64,000 nucleotides of DNA from an uncultured Chloroflexia bacterium (GCA_963712005.1 CAVQGK010000024.1:1554046-1618045); one strand, 5' to 3'. Shown: positions 9,700 to 21,441, counted from the first letter of the stretch. Notes: generated by a model from the sequence alone, not told the origin. Program-made: numbers and translations.

Positions 9700-10893
9700 G
9701 CTGGGGTTGACACTCCGCATAGGCTCAAGCCGTAGCGGATTCTCAGTTCTGCGGGGCGGCCTACGCCACCTCTCCCGGAGGGCCTGCCCGGCCCTTTCTA
9801 TGTTCTTCGCCGCGTTGTGGTCTCTATGGAGCGATGTTCCGCACGCTGGGCAGCTATGCCAGCGGACGGATAAGCCCTTCCTTGACCATCACACCACAGC
9901 CAGAACACGTCTGGCTGGTATAGGCAGGGTTGACCACCACCACTGAACGACCGGCGCATGCTGCCTTGTGGTTCAGGATGCTCAGGAACCCACTCCATCA
10001 AGCGTCCGCAATGGACTTGGCCAGATGGTGGTTCTTCACCATATTGGCGACCTGCAACTCTTCGTGATAGATCACATCGAATTGGCGCACGAGCGCGAGC
10101 GCCGTCTTGTGCTGGAAATCCTGCCGTTGCCGCTTCACTTTCAGATGCGCTTTCGCCAGCAACTTGACCGCTTTCTTACGGCGTTTGCTGCCCTGCTTGC
10201 GACGCGACACCTTGCGCTGTGCCGTTTTGAGTCTGCGCTCGGCCCGGCGATAGCAGCGTGGATTGTGGATCATAGTGCCATCGGCCAGGGTGGCGAAAGA
10301 CTCCAAGCCCCAGATCAATGCCTGTCTCTTGCCCCACCGGCGCTAGTGGCTGTATTGGTACCTCGGCGCACGAGATGCACACATACCAGCCATCGGCCTC
10401 ACGAGAGATCGTGACGGTCTTGGGGACGCCTTCCAGTCGGACGAGAACACCGCACCGCGATGCGCCCAATCTTGGAGAGAATCAGAAAACCGTTATCGAG
10501 CCGCGCGCCGTTGCCGAATTACTTATAGGTGAAACTGTGATAACGTTCACATCCCTGAAAGCGGGGGAAGCCTGGCGTTTGTCCTGCGTTGCTCTCCTTC
10601 ACCCGACGAAAGAACGCCTGGTAGGTTTTGTCGAGCCGGGTCAAGACATCTTGCAAGACCTGCGAGTGTATCTCCCCATAGTCAGGGAATGCCGCCTTCA
10701 CCTCGGGTAGCTCGGCGTGATGCTGGTAGCAGGTGAAGGTGACACCCCGTTGGCGGTAGAGGAAGATGCGCTGCTCCAACGCCGTGTTGTAGAGCATACG
10801 GCAATACCATACAACCTCCCCAAGCTGGCGCTCCTGTTCCATCGTCGGCTTGAGTTTGTACTTGTAGGCTTTGCGCAGACTCTCGTCACTCAC
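9700..10893 (-). pseudogene. tnpB: RNA-guided endonuclease TnpB, disrupted
   Basis: GTG start at 10893. Pieces found: KYKLKPT..GFPRFQG, GIDLGL, YHEELQV, CSGCG..CPACG, HRDHNAAKNI. At least 3 frame changes plus an in-frame TGA at 9998-10000. The 3-prime limit is uncertain. Confidence 0.85.
9707..9800 (-). ncRNA. omega-RNA / right-end-like structured segment of the TnpB element
   Basis: Minus-strand CTGAGAATCCG-stem-CGGAGTGTCAA (9707-9746) overlaps the tnpB 3-prime end. The same module recurs at 28777-28815. Confidence 0.45.
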
Positions 10894-11067
10894 TGGTGTG
10901 GCTTTCTCTTGCTTTCAGGTTCAACGTTGACGCGCTTTGACTCGGCAAGGAGCCGCACGGCTAGCCGGAGCGCGTCGCTATCACTCGCCACGCCATACCG
11001 CTCACGAATCGTCGCGCAGTGCGGCGCGGTCAACCTCATCAAGCCAGATGGTGGTGCGTTTCCTCAT
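10890..11067 (-). pseudogene. ribbon-helix-helix (CopG-like) small protein, one frameshift
   Basis: MRKRTTIWLDEVDRAALR, then after a 1-nt shift IRERYGVASDSDALRLAVRLLAESKRV. Its TGA overlaps the tnpB GTG (GTGA). Confidence 0.6.
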
Positions 11068-11182
11068 AGACAATGTATAGCATATTGCCACACGTTGAGG
11101 CAACCGAACTGGAGTTGTGGCTGAAGCCACCGCAAGCCCTTTCATCCGCATGGCATCTGCATGGCCTGAAGGCACAGCGGCT

Positions 11183-11734
11183 TTACAGGCTATTCGGTAA
11201 ATCCTCGATGGGGAACAGGATCGGGCTGAGGAGGTGCTGCCTGCGGCCTATGGCGGGTTCGTTGATTAGCCGTGGCGCAATCGCGCCGCGCATCTCAGCG
11301 ATCAGTTGGTCGCGCTCGTTTGGGCTGAGCCATAGTGAATGCTGCCGGATCCCTACGGCGTCGGCTATTGGGTCGGCGTGGCCCCGGTCGAGATAAGCAT
11401 TGAATTCGCCGAGCAAGGCAGCCATCGCCACAGCGAACGCGCTACGGTAGTCCTCCGGCGACGCCCCAGCGGCGGTATCGGCATCGATGACCGGACGCGG
11501 CTCGCGTAGCCGGTATCTGCGTTCGACAGCGCCGCCCACGCGCTGCTCGCCATCCACCGCAAGGATGCCACCATCGGCGAGCAGGCTGACGTGCCGGTAC
11601 ATCGTGGCCTTCGAGACATCCGGCATCCGCGCGCGCAGATCAGATGTTGTGAGCGTTCGTCCACCTGACATGGCGTGCACGATGCGAAGGCGCACCGGAT
11701 GGAGGAGGAGTTCGACTGTGTCCGTTGTGTCCAT
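11183..11734 (-). CDS. ArsR-family winged-helix transcriptional regulator
   Basis: [43 protein letters not shown]. Confidence 0.8.
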   Translation of the reverse strand: MDTTDTVELLLHPVRLRIVHAMSGGRTLTTSDLRARMPDVSKATMYRHVSLLADGGILAVDGEQRVGGAVERRYRLREPRPVIDADTAAGASPEDYRSAFAVAMAALLGEFNAYLDRGHADPIADAVGIRQHSLWLSPNERDQLIAEMRGAIAPRLINEPAIGRRQHLLSPILFPIEDLPNSL

Positions 11735-11821
11735 GCCGACATTATCTCACAGGTGAGACTACCGTGGTATCATTCTCATTATTGAGACTAATGTAAGAAG
11801 CCAGCATGAACGGGGGCGCGT

Positions 11822-13162
11822 ATGAGCCATCTATCACCTGAAAGCCGCCACGAAATCGCCATTGACGCGGCGGCCATCGCCACCAGGGTCGTCGAACTGG
11901 CGCGAAACGGGTGTTTTGCCGAGATTGAAGAACTGTTCGCGCCGCCGCTGCGGGCAGTGGTGTCCGCTGAGACGCTGCGTATCGGCTGGGTGACTGAGAT
12001 CGGCAAGTATGGGTCAGTCTCCTCCATCGGCGAGCCGACGAGCGAGCCAATCAAGGCAGGGCTGATCCGGGTGAGTGTCCCGGTAACCTGCGAGCACGGG
12101 GCGCTGACCGTTGTGATGTCGGTGGACGATGTTGGCATGCTGCAAGGTCTGCGGATTGCGTCCGCGATCACCACGTCGTGGTCGCCGCCATCCTATGCGA
12201 ACTCGAAGAAGTTCGATGAACATGACGTCATAGTCGGGTCCGGCTCGCTTGCCGTGCCAGGTACGTTAAGTCTGCCCCGACGGCATGGCCCGCGACCAGG
12301 CGTTGTCCTGCTCGGCGGAGGAGGGCCATTCGACCGCGACGAGACCGACGGGCCGAACAGGCCGCTCAAAGACCTTGCATGGGGACTGGCCAGTCGCGGC
12401 GTGGCGGTCTTACGCTTCGACAAAGTGACCTTCGTGCACCAAAGCCAGGTGGCGAACGCACCCAACTTCACGATGACTGACGAGTATGTGCCGCACACCG
12501 TCGCCGCCGTCCACCTGCTCCAGCGCCAACCGGCTGTGGACCCCGGACGAGTCTTTGTCCTCGGTCACAGCATGGGCGGCAAGGTTGCCCCGCGTGTCGC
12601 TACCGCCGAGCCGTCCATTGCCGGTTTGGTCATTCTGGCTGGTGATGCGCAACCGATGCAGCACGCTGCGGTTCGTGTCGCCCGCTACCTTGCCGCGCTG
12701 AATCCCGGCCCAGATGCAGAGGCTGCCGTCGCGACAATGACACGACAGGCAGCGATGGTCGAGAGTGCTGACCTGTCACCGCTGACACCGGCCAGCGAAT
12801 TACCGTTCGGCCTATCGGGCGCGTACTGGCTCGACCAGCGGGGTTACGAGCCAGTCTCGGCTGCGGCGACGCTGAACAAACCCATGTTTATCATCCAGGG
12901 TGGCCGCGACTACCAGGTGACCGCCGAGGACGACCTCTCTCGCTGGAAGGCGGGAATCGGTCACCGTCCTGATGTCATGATCCGTGTCTACGACGCCGAT
13001 AACCATCTCTTCTTCCACGGCTCCGGCCCATCCACGCCCGCGGAATACGAACGCGCGCAACATGTCGACCCGGCCGTCGTTGCCGACATCGCCGCGTGGC
13101 TGGCGCCGTACCAGGGGATGTTAGCTCGATTCGTTTCGGGTTTCAAGCGCCATAGGCGTTGA
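11822..13162 (+). CDS. alpha/beta hydrolase (serine hydrolase)
   Basis: Nucleophile elbow VLGHSMGG, a C-terminal DADNHLF His region, and an N-terminal extra domain. Divergent from the ArsR-family gene. Confidence 0.85.
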   Translation: MSHLSPESRHEIAIDAAAIATRVVELARNGCFAEIEELFAPPLRAVVSAETLRIGWVTEIGKYGSVSSIGEPTSEPIKAGLIRVSVPVTCEHGALTVVMSVDDVGMLQGLRIASAITTSWSPPSYANSKKFDEHDVIVGSGSLAVPGTLSLPRRHGPRPGVVLLGGGGPFDRDETDGPNRPLKDLAWGLASRGVAVLRFDKVTFVHQSQVANAPNFTMTDEYVPHTVAAVHLLQRQPAVDPGRVFVLGHSMGGKVAPRVATAEPSIAGLVILAGDAQPMQHAAVRVARYLAALNPGPDAEAAVATMTRQAAMVESADLSPLTPASELPFGLSGAYWLDQRGYEPVSAAATLNKPMFIIQGGRDYQVTAEDDLSRWKAGIGHRPDVMIRVYDADNHLFFHGSGPSTPAEYERAQHVDPAVVADIAAWLAPYQGMLARFVSGFKRHRR

Positions 13163-13307
13163 CGGCATGGTGTGGCGCAGAAATAAGTTCGGTTCATCTG
13201 CACTTCTGCACTCATCCCGTATGTCTTAGATAGTGCCTCGTTTCCGCCGATCCGTGATAGCATAGATGCTGATGATCAGGGTCTATGACCAGGAGGGACT
13301 TCACGGA

Positions 13308-14836
13308 ATGCGGATCGCGGAACTGCTCGCGGCGTTGCCTGTCACGGAGCATCATGGCGCGGATGACGGCGAGGTGACCAGCGTCACGTACGATTCGAGC
13401 GTGGTGACGCCAGGCGCGTGTTTCGTCGCCGTTCGCGGCCAGCGCGCCGATGGCCATGCCTACATTGGCGAGGCGCTGGCGCATGGCGCGACGCTCGTGG
13501 TTGGCGAGACATCCGTCCCACCTGACTTTCCCACCGACCGCACCTACGCGCGAGTCGCCGATTCGCGCCGAGAACTGGCGACAGTCGCCGCCACTGGTGG
13601 CGGGTCAGCCATCGCGACACATGGAGATCATCGGCGTCACCGGCACCGATGGCAAGACGACCACCAGCAATATCATCGACGCGCTCATGGCGGCCGCTGG
13701 CCGACGCACGGGCCTGATGAGCACGGTAGACTTCAAGATCGGCGAGAAGCGCTGGGCGAATAATACCCGCTTCACCACCCTCGAAGCGCCTGAGGTGCAG
13801 ACGCTGCTGGCGCAGATGCGCGACAACAGGTGCAATGCGCCATCGTCGAGTCAACCTCCAGCGGACTGGCGCTCCATCGGGTTCACCAGATCGCCTACGA
13901 TATCGCCGTCGTCACCAACATCACCAGCGAACATCTCGAATTCCATGGCACGCTCGAAGCCTATCGGCGCGCCAAGGCGATGTTGGTCGGAGGCGGTTGA
14001 TCCCTGACACTGCGCAAAGATCTCTCGTTCACGATTCCCAAAGCCTGCGTGCTCAACGCCGACGATTCTTCGTTCGATTATCTGAAGCCGTTTTGCCGCG
14101 CGCCGATTCTCAGCTATGGCATCGAGGCTCCTGCCGATATCCGCGCCGAGGAGCTGCGGCTGGGGCCAGATGGTTCGCAGTTCCGCGTCCGTCTGCCCGA
14201 TGGCGTCTGCCTTCGAGGTAGATACGCCGCTGGTGGCGCGCTACAATGTCTCGAATGCGCTGGCGGCGATGGCGGTCGGCTACCTTCAGGGCATCCCGAC
14301 GGAGCAGATCGCGCGGGCGCTCAAGACGTTTCCGGGGGTGTCCGGGCGGATGGAGCGCATCGATCAGGGGCAGCCATTTACCGTCGTGGTGGACTATGCC
14401 CACACCGCCGATAGCCTGGAGAAGGTGCTTCGGGTGCTACGTCCGCTCACGCGCAATCGGCTGATCGTCGTCTTTGGCTCGGCGGGCGACCGCGACCGAG
14501 TGAAGCGCCCGGTCATGGGCGCGAGTGGCGGCGCGCGAGGCCGATTTCGCCGTGATTACCGATGAGGATCCGCGTGAGGAAGACGCGGCGTCCATTCTTG
14601 CGGAGATCGCGGCGGGCGCTGATGCGGCAGGCGCGCGAGAAGGCGAGCAGTATGTCTGTATCGTCGGGCGGCGCGGGGCCATCTGCCAGGGCACTTTGCG
14701 ATGGCGCGCGAAGGTGACACGGTGTTGCTGGCGGGCAAAGGACACGAGCAGAGCATCGTGATCGGGCGCGAAAAGCTACCCTGGGACGACCGGCAAGTGG
14801 CGCGGGATGATGCTGGCGAAACTGGGTTACGAATAG
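13308..14836 (+). pseudogene. murE: UDP-MurNAc-tripeptide synthetase MurE, at least 6 frame changes
   Basis: Pieces in three frames: VTYDSSVVTPGACFVAVRG, IIGVTGTDGKTTT, ESTSSGLALHRV, NITSEHLEFHG, VVVDYAHTADSLEKV, FGSAGDRDRVKRP, LLAGKGHEQ. Confidence 0.85.
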
Positions 14837-15000
14837 CCTGACACGGCAGCGTTCTACATGCCGGATGGTCCGTTTTGCTTTGTACGGTCTGGGATGGTCA
14901 TAGGCGCCGTTACTGGCCGATGAAAATATGCCGTTTAAGACTAATGAGTCGCGCCATAGAAATCTGGTGTAGTGTATCTGGCGGGGCGGGTGATGGATAG

Positions 15001-16864
15001 ATGATAGAGTCTTTTCTGGGCGCGTTTATCGCCGCAGTGCTTATCTGCGCACTCTTCTGCGCGGTGGCATTGGCCTTGTTCCCCTGGTTCCGTAGTGGTG
15101 AGCGCAAAGAAGGCAACTTCAAGGCCGATCAATCCACGGGCGGCTTTCGCTTCGACCCCAATAAAAAGGAACTCAAGAAGCAGTCCGTTCCGGGTGAGCG
15201 CGAGTGAATTGCCGCTCGTCGGCGGCCCGGCGCTGGTATTCGCCACGGTGGCGGCGTCGCTGGGGTTCGCCTTCTGGCTGGGGCTGGATACACCGGAGTG
15301 GCTGCTGCTGGGGCTGGTGCTTGCTGGGCATAACCGGGTATGGCTTCGTCGGCTTCGTGGATGACTGGCAGAAAGTGCATCGCGGCGTCGGCATCACCGA
15401 GGTGCAGAAGTTCGTTGGGGTCCTCATCGTCTCATTGGGCATTGGCATCGCCTTCAATCGCCTGATCGTCACAAAATACCTCTCGGCGCGCCTTCCCTAT
15501 CCGCCCTATAGTGACATTCCGTTGATCGGTCAGGTGCTGATACATGCGCATTTCGCGTGGATTATCTTCTTCATCGGACTTACCCTCGTCGTCGGCGTGA
15601 CGACTCCGCTCGCGGTGGATTTCGCCGATGGCATCGATGGCCTCTGTGGTGGGCTGCTGCTGAGCGCCTCGCTGTCCTTCGCGGTGATCCTGCTCTTCCA
15701 GGATCAGAAAGATCTCTAGCCGCTGGTCGTCGTCTCGCTGGCGGTGGCGGGCGCCTCGCTTGGCTATCTGCCGTTTAACTGGCCGTCGAGCTGGCGGAAT
15801 CGCAGTCCCTGGGCGTAAGCGGCGGGCACGGCTCATCATGGGCGACACCGGCTCACTTGGGCTTGGCGGCGCGCTGGCGCTGGTCGCAGTCGTCAGCCGT
15901 CTGGAAGCTGTTGCTGGTCATCATCGGCGGCGTCTTCGTGCTGGAGGGATTGTCGGCGCTGATCTCGGCGCGCATCCTGGTGAAGTTCTTCCGCCGTTTT
16001 CTCTTCCTCGAACGTTTCGGCGACACGAAGGGCTTCCCGCATACAGAGTTCCCGCTGCCATTTCTCGCGACGCCCATGCACCACCACTACGACCTCCTCA
16101 ATTGGAACCGCGAGCGGCTGGTCTATCTGGCATGGCTACTCGGCGCGGTACTCGGCCTGCTGGGCGTCGCCAGTGTGATCGCTCCGCTGACATGGGAACG
16201 CTATCTGGCGCGCTTCGTCGGTCTGCTGGTGCTGGTCGCCATCTGGCAGCTTGGCTCCAGAACCAAGAGCTTCTTTCTGGGGCTGGCGCTCAAACGAACC
16301 GACGCGCCCAATAGTCCCCGCCGCATTGGCCTCTTCTATGGTTATCCCTTCAAGCTCTTTGGCCGCCGTCTCTATCACTGTGTCGATCTGACCAGTGTGC
16401 GCGAGACTGACCTTGCCAACCCGGCCGAAGACCTCTCGCTCTGGCAGCGGATGAGTGTCTTCGATGCGCGCTCGCTGCTGGGATTCTACTGTTATCGCGC
16501 GGGCGCGCTGGATGACGCCTGGCGTGTGTGGGATCGCCTGCCGCACCCGAATCTGGAGGTGCGCCCGGAGATCGATGAACTCATCAACGAGGTACGCCAT
16601 CAGGTTGCGATGCGGGATACCGAGAACGACCTCTCCGAGTATGCGCCGCTGGCGAGTAATGATCCAGGCAGCGCGGGTACGTGGCGCACAACCAATCCAC
16701 CAGGTTCCTCGCCACAGCCACGGCGGTGGCGGCTGGGGGCGAATAATGGCTGGCTCGATGCCCCCAGCGCATATCGATCTCGCCGATGCGCCGTCGCCAG
16801 CGAATTCTATCCCGGCGCCACTGTGGAATCCCTCCAACTGGGCCGCCGCCATGGCGCCAGTTGA
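15001..16864 (+). pseudogene. mraY: MraY-like phospho-MurNAc-pentapeptide transferase with long C-terminal extension, several frame changes
   Basis: GFVDDWQKV, VDFADGIDGLCGG, LIMGDTGSLGLGG and TPMHHHYDLLNW lie in different frames. A ~250-aa non-MraY tail follows. Confidence 0.75.
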
Positions 16865-17148
16865 CGGGCAGCCTGGCCCATTACCACAGCGCCAACAGCG
16901 CCGAGTTCGCCTACCCGACCAAGCGCGCCAGATTATGGCGCCGGTGTCGTGCCGGTGACTACCCAGCCGCCACAGACTCCCGCGCCGAAGCCGTCCCGCA
17001 CTGGCGGCGCTCCCGATAGTGGCGCGAAGCGAGGCGGATAGCCTCGGTCTCGCTCCCAGCGTGAAGCGTGATATACTTTCTGACGGCTCTGGCGGAGTAT
17101 TGCTCTGCGGGGCCGTCTATCATATCCAGTGGAATCGGAGTACGCCCC

Positions 17149-18305
17149 ATGGCGCTTACCGTTGGCATCATTGGTCTGCCCCTCTCAGGCAAGACAACAC
17201 TCTTCAACGCCCTGACACGCGCGGGCGCGGAAATATCAGGCTATCCCACCAGCACCGTGCAGGCGAATCGCGCGGTGGTTCAGGTGCCAGACGAGCGACT
17301 GACACGGCTGGCGGAGATTTTCAATCCGCGCAAGGTCGTGCCGACCGCGATTGAGTTCGTGGATGTGGCAGGCATCGGCCAGGAATCCGGCGACGGCGAA
17401 GCATGAAGCGTTGAGCGCGGAATTTCTTGGGCATATTCGCAACGCCGACGCGCTGGCGATAGTGGTGCGCTGCTTCGAGAACCCCCAGGCGCCCCATCCT
17501 GCTGGCAGTGTCAACGCCACCCGTGACCTGGATGATTTGCTGTCGGAACTGGTGATCACCGATCTGGCGTCGGTAGACAGGCGTATCGACGCTACCAGCC
17601 GCAAGGCGAAATCGGGCGATAAGAAGTTTGGCGAGGAACTGGAGTTCCTCCGGCGGCTGCGCGACCATCTGAACGAGGGGCATCTGGCGAGCGCGCTGCG
17701 CTATTCCACGCTGGACGAGAACGTTCTGCGCGAGCTATTCCTGCTTACGATGAAGCCTCGGCTCTATGTGGTGAACGTGGGCGAGGATGTATTGGGGGAG
17801 GCGGGGGCGCTGCTGGAAGGCGGCGAACGCGACCCCGCGACGGGTGAACTGGCGTGCGTGGCCGCCGCGCGTGACCGCGCGCGGGCCGAGGGAGCCGAGA
17901 TCGTCGCCGTCTCCGCGAAGCTGGAGGCCGAGCTTGGTGAGCTACCCGAAGAAGACGCCGCCGAATATCTGGCCGCGCTTGGCCTGCCGAAACTGGGCGC
18001 CGACCGGGTGATCCAGGCGGGCTATCGCGCGCTCAATCTGATTTCATTCCTCACGGCGGGCGAAGACGAGGTGCGCGCGTGGACGATCACCCAGGGCATG
18101 AAGGCGCCCGCCGCCGCGGGCAAGATTCACACCGACTTCGAGCGCGGCTTCATTCGCGCCGAGGTGGTGCACTACGACGACCTGATGGCCGATGAGCGGA
18201 TCGATGAAGACGGCGAAAGAGCATGGCCACGTCCGTCTGGAGGGCAAAGAATACACCGTCCGCGACGGCGACATCATCGAGTTCCGCTTCAACGTCTCGA
18301 AGTAA
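17149..18305 (+). pseudogene. ychF: redox-regulated ATPase YchF, two frame changes
   Basis: GIIGLPLSGKTTLFNALT, FLGHIRNADALAIVVRCF, TAGEDEVRAWTI, GKIHTDFERGFIRAEV and the C-terminus [19 protein letters not shown]. Breaks near 17395 and 18210. Confidence 0.85.
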
Positions 18306-18343
18306 CCGGCGTTCAGTCCCAAATAAACCTGATTGTGCCATCC

Positions 18344-19088
18344 TCAGGAGCGCGAAGCAACGAAGATCATCACGCGGCTGGCGCTGGTCAAGGGGCTGCC
18401 ATCCCAGTCGCCATATACGTGCTCCACGGTGAATCCGGCGTTGGTCAGCGAGTCGGTCAACTCTGCCTGGCTGCGAAAGCGTAATTCGCTACCCGCAACC
18501 ACGACCTCACCTGTGTCGGTAAAGATGTTGTGGCCTGCGAAATGGACCCGATCATTGCCCACATGGACCAGTTCCAGCCAGCACTCCATCGGCCCGAAAG
18601 GTGAGTCGATCCGCTCGTAGGTGGCGTCGCGTGTCCAGCGTTCCCACGCGCGCGACGTCAGGGTTGCGGCTCTCGAAGGCAAGATAGCCACCAGGACGCA
18701 GCGCAGCATGGATGGCGCTTAGTGTCGCAGCCCACTCCACATCTTCGAGGAACACCTGGGCCACATTTCCCGTCATGACCACCAGGTCGGCTTCTGGGGT
18801 CCCCAGCGCGCTGGCGTCCCCTCAATCCAGATCACCCGCTCGGCGCCCGGTTGTCGACGAGCGACTGCCAGCATTGCGGGGGCAGGATCGACGCCAATCA
18901 CATAGCGGCCTTCGACCGCTGCCAGCTCGCGAGTCAACAAGCCCCGTCCCGCACCCCAGGTCGAGAATTCGGCAGGCATCGAGGTCTGCGGCGAGACGAA
19001 GGTAGAAATCGGTGTCGGCGCCGCGCGGATTATCGTGGTCGTAAAGCTCGACCAGGCGCGGATCTATATAGTGCCGATCAAGCTTCAT
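18344..19088 (-). pseudogene. class I SAM-dependent methyltransferase, about 3 frame changes
   Basis: ILDLGCGTGL SAM motif plus VIGVDPAPAMLAVAR, DLVVMTGNVAQ and LRPGGYLAFE, spread over four overlapping minus ORFs. Confidence 0.75.
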
Positions 19089-19204
19089 GGAAGCGGTCAC
19101 CCCTTCTGCCACACAGTGCCACGAGCTAGAACGGCACATGCCACCAGGACATTCATAACCATACAGTACCATAATGGATGCCACAAACCCCGTTGGATTG
19201 AAAA

Positions 19205-19245
19205 CTGACCCCTCCCCATCACGGGCGAGGGGTAAAGCCCGTGAA
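19205..19245 (-). terminator. terminator-like hairpin after the ABC permease
   Basis: CACGGGC (19220-19226) / GCCCGTG (19237-19243), with an alternative stem CCCCTC/GAGGGG. On the minus strand it is followed by GTTTTC. Confidence 0.45.
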
Positions 19246-19268
19246 TAGGGAGAGGCGACGGACTGACG

Positions 19269-20596
19269 CTATTCCGTGCGGAGCGCCGTGATCGGGTCGA
19301 GCCGCGAGGCGCGCACGGCGGGATAGAAGCCGAAGAACAGCCCACCGCCACGCTGGTGCCGACCGCGAGCGCGATGGCGATCAGGCTCAGCACGAAGGGC
19401 AGCTGGAAGGCGTGGGTCAGCGCAAGGCCGCCCGCCAGGCCAAACGCGATGCCGATGACGCCGCCCGCGAGGCTGCAGCGTCAGCGCCTCGATCAGGAAC
19501 TGCATTGCGGATGTCGCTGCCGGCGCGCGCCGACGGCCATGCGGATGCCGATTTCGCGGGTGCGCTCGGTGACCGAGACCAGCATGATGTTCATGATGCC
19601 GATGCCGCCGACCAGCAGCGAGATCGCCGCGATGCCGATCAGCAGCACCGCCAGCGTCTGGGAGGACGCCTGCGCCGTCTGCACGAACTGGGTCGGGCTG
19701 CGCACAGTGAAGTCTGCTGTCGCGCCATCGGCGATGTTGTGGCGCTCGCTGAGCGTCGTCGTGATCTCCTGCTGCACGGTATCCACGTTATCGGTCGAAT
19801 CGACCTGCGCCTGAATCTGCCCCACATATTGCGAATTGTTCAGCCGCTGCTGCGCCGCGCTAAATGGGATGTAGACGACGTCGTCCTGGTTGCCCAGGCC
19901 AGACGCGCCCTTCGATTGCAACACGCCGACCACCTGATAGCTCTGCCCGTTGATGAGCACCGTCTGCCCCAGCGCATCGGTCCCGCTGGGCGTGAAGAGG
20001 TTCTGGATAACCGTCTGGCCGAGGACCGCGACCGGCTGACTATTCGACTCGTCGCCGCTGCTGAACCACGAGCCTTCGGACATCTGCCAGTTGCCGATGG
20101 CCTGCATGTTGGGATAGACGCCCTGCACGCGTGTATTCCAGTTCTGCGCCCCTGCGATCACTTGCGCGCTGGCGCTAATCACCGGGCTGACATTGGCGAC
20201 ATGCGGCAGTGAGGCCAGCGCATCGGCGTCGGCCTGCGTCAACGACTGGAGGCTGCCCGCACCACCACGCACACCACTGGTGGTGGAGGAGCCAGGCGTA
20301 ATCGTCAGGACGTTCGTGCCCAGGCCAGCCACGCGCGCGTTCAGCACGGCGCTCGTGCCCTGCGTCAGCGTGACGACCGAGATCACTGCGGCGACACCCA
20401 CGATCACACCGAGAATCGTGAGCAGCGACCGCAGCCGGTTGGCCCAGAGCGCACCGAGCGCGCTACGAATGCTGGAGTTGAGCATCAGCCCGCGATGGAG
20501 ATGCGCTGGATTCCTGCTCATCCGCGTCTGCCGCTGGCGCTGGGTCGCCGCTTTGTCTTGCTGTGGCGCGGGCGCGCGGAGGTCTGATGTGGTCAT
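19269..20596 (-). pseudogene. MacB-like ABC permease (FtsX domain), C-terminus frame-broken
   Basis: ERTREIGIRMAVGAR, then QFLIEALTL, GGVIGIAFGLAGG and GFYPAVRASRLDPITALRTE lie in other frames. The ATG at 20596 overlaps the ATPase TGA (ATGA). Confidence 0.8.
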
Positions 20597-21438
20597 ACTG
20601 ACTCCTCCTCGCGCCACGACGGCGCTTCAGTCACGTGGGTCACTCCAGGCAGGCCGCCGGCAAGCTCGCTGGCGGCGACGCGCGGCGCACGCACCGGTAT
20701 GTCGTGCGCGATCAGGCCGTCGCGGAAAGCGATCTGCCGCTGGGCATAGGCGGCGATATCCGGCTCGTGCGTCACCAGCGCCACCGTCAGCCCTGCCTTG
20801 TTGAGTCGCTGCAGGATCGCCATGATCTCGACGCTGGTATGGGTATCGAGATTGCCGGTCGGCTCATCGGCGAGCAGCAGCGCTGGCCCGTTGACGAGCG
20901 CGCGCGCAATCGCTACCCGCTGTTGCTGGCCGCCCGAAAGCTGCGCGGGCTTGTGGTCGAGCCGGTCGCCCAGCCCAACCAGTTGGAGCGCGCGCCGCGC
21001 GCGATGGACTCGTTGCGCCTCGGCCATGCCAGTATAGAGCAGGGGCAGCGCGACATTGGCGAGCGCACTCGACCGCCCCAGCAGATTGAAGCCCTGAAAG
21101 ACAAAGCCGATATGGCGGTTACGCAGGTCAGCGATGGTATCGGCGGGCAGGCGGCTGACCTCCTGCCCGTTAAGCCAGTAGCGCCCGCTGGTGGGCGTAT
21201 CGAGCAGGCCAAGCAAGTTCATCAGGGTGGATTTGCCGGAGCCTGACGGTCCGGTAACCGCTACGAATTGCCCGCGCGGGATGGTGAGCGTCACGCCACG
21301 CAACGCCGGGACGCGCGTCTGGCCAAGCTGATAGACCCTGCGCAGATTCTCGATCTCGATCACAGACCGGTTGCGACTCTGTGTGTTGGGTGAATCTGGC
21401 CCTGCGGTCGCGCTGGCTGATGCTGAGATATTCTCCAT
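20593..21438 (-). CDS. ABC transporter ATP-binding protein (MacB/LolD-like)
   Basis: Walker [10 protein letters not shown], signature [15 protein letters not shown], Walker B LLLADEPT. Confidence 0.9.
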   Translation of the reverse strand: MENISASASATAGPDSPNTQSRNRSVIEIENLRRVYQLGQTRVPALRGVTLTIPRGQFVAVTGPSGSGKSTLMNLLGLLDTPTSGRYWLNGQEVSRLPADTIADLRNRHIGFVFQGFNLLGRSSALANVALPLLYTGMAEAQRVHRARRALQLVGLGDRLDHKPAQLSGGQQQRVAIARALVNGPALLLADEPTGNLDTHTSVEIMAILQRLNKAGLTVALVTHEPDIAAYAQRQIAFRDGLIAHDIPVRAPRVAASELAGGLPGVTHVTEAPSWREEESV

Positions 21439-21441
21439 CGA

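Larger units (their letters stand above)
9700..11180 (-). mobile_element. decayed tnpA-less IS200/IS605-family (IS1341-like) element
   Basis: Contains a tnpB pseudogene, a right-end structured segment and an upstream small RHH ORF. Inserted between the phzF stop (9663) and the ArsR-family gene stop (11183). Element ends are not defined precisely. Confidence 0.65.

Noticed and set aside
16136-16852. 238-aa minus-strand ORF
   Set aside because: It lies antisense to the MraY-like C-terminal extension. No motifs or RBS.
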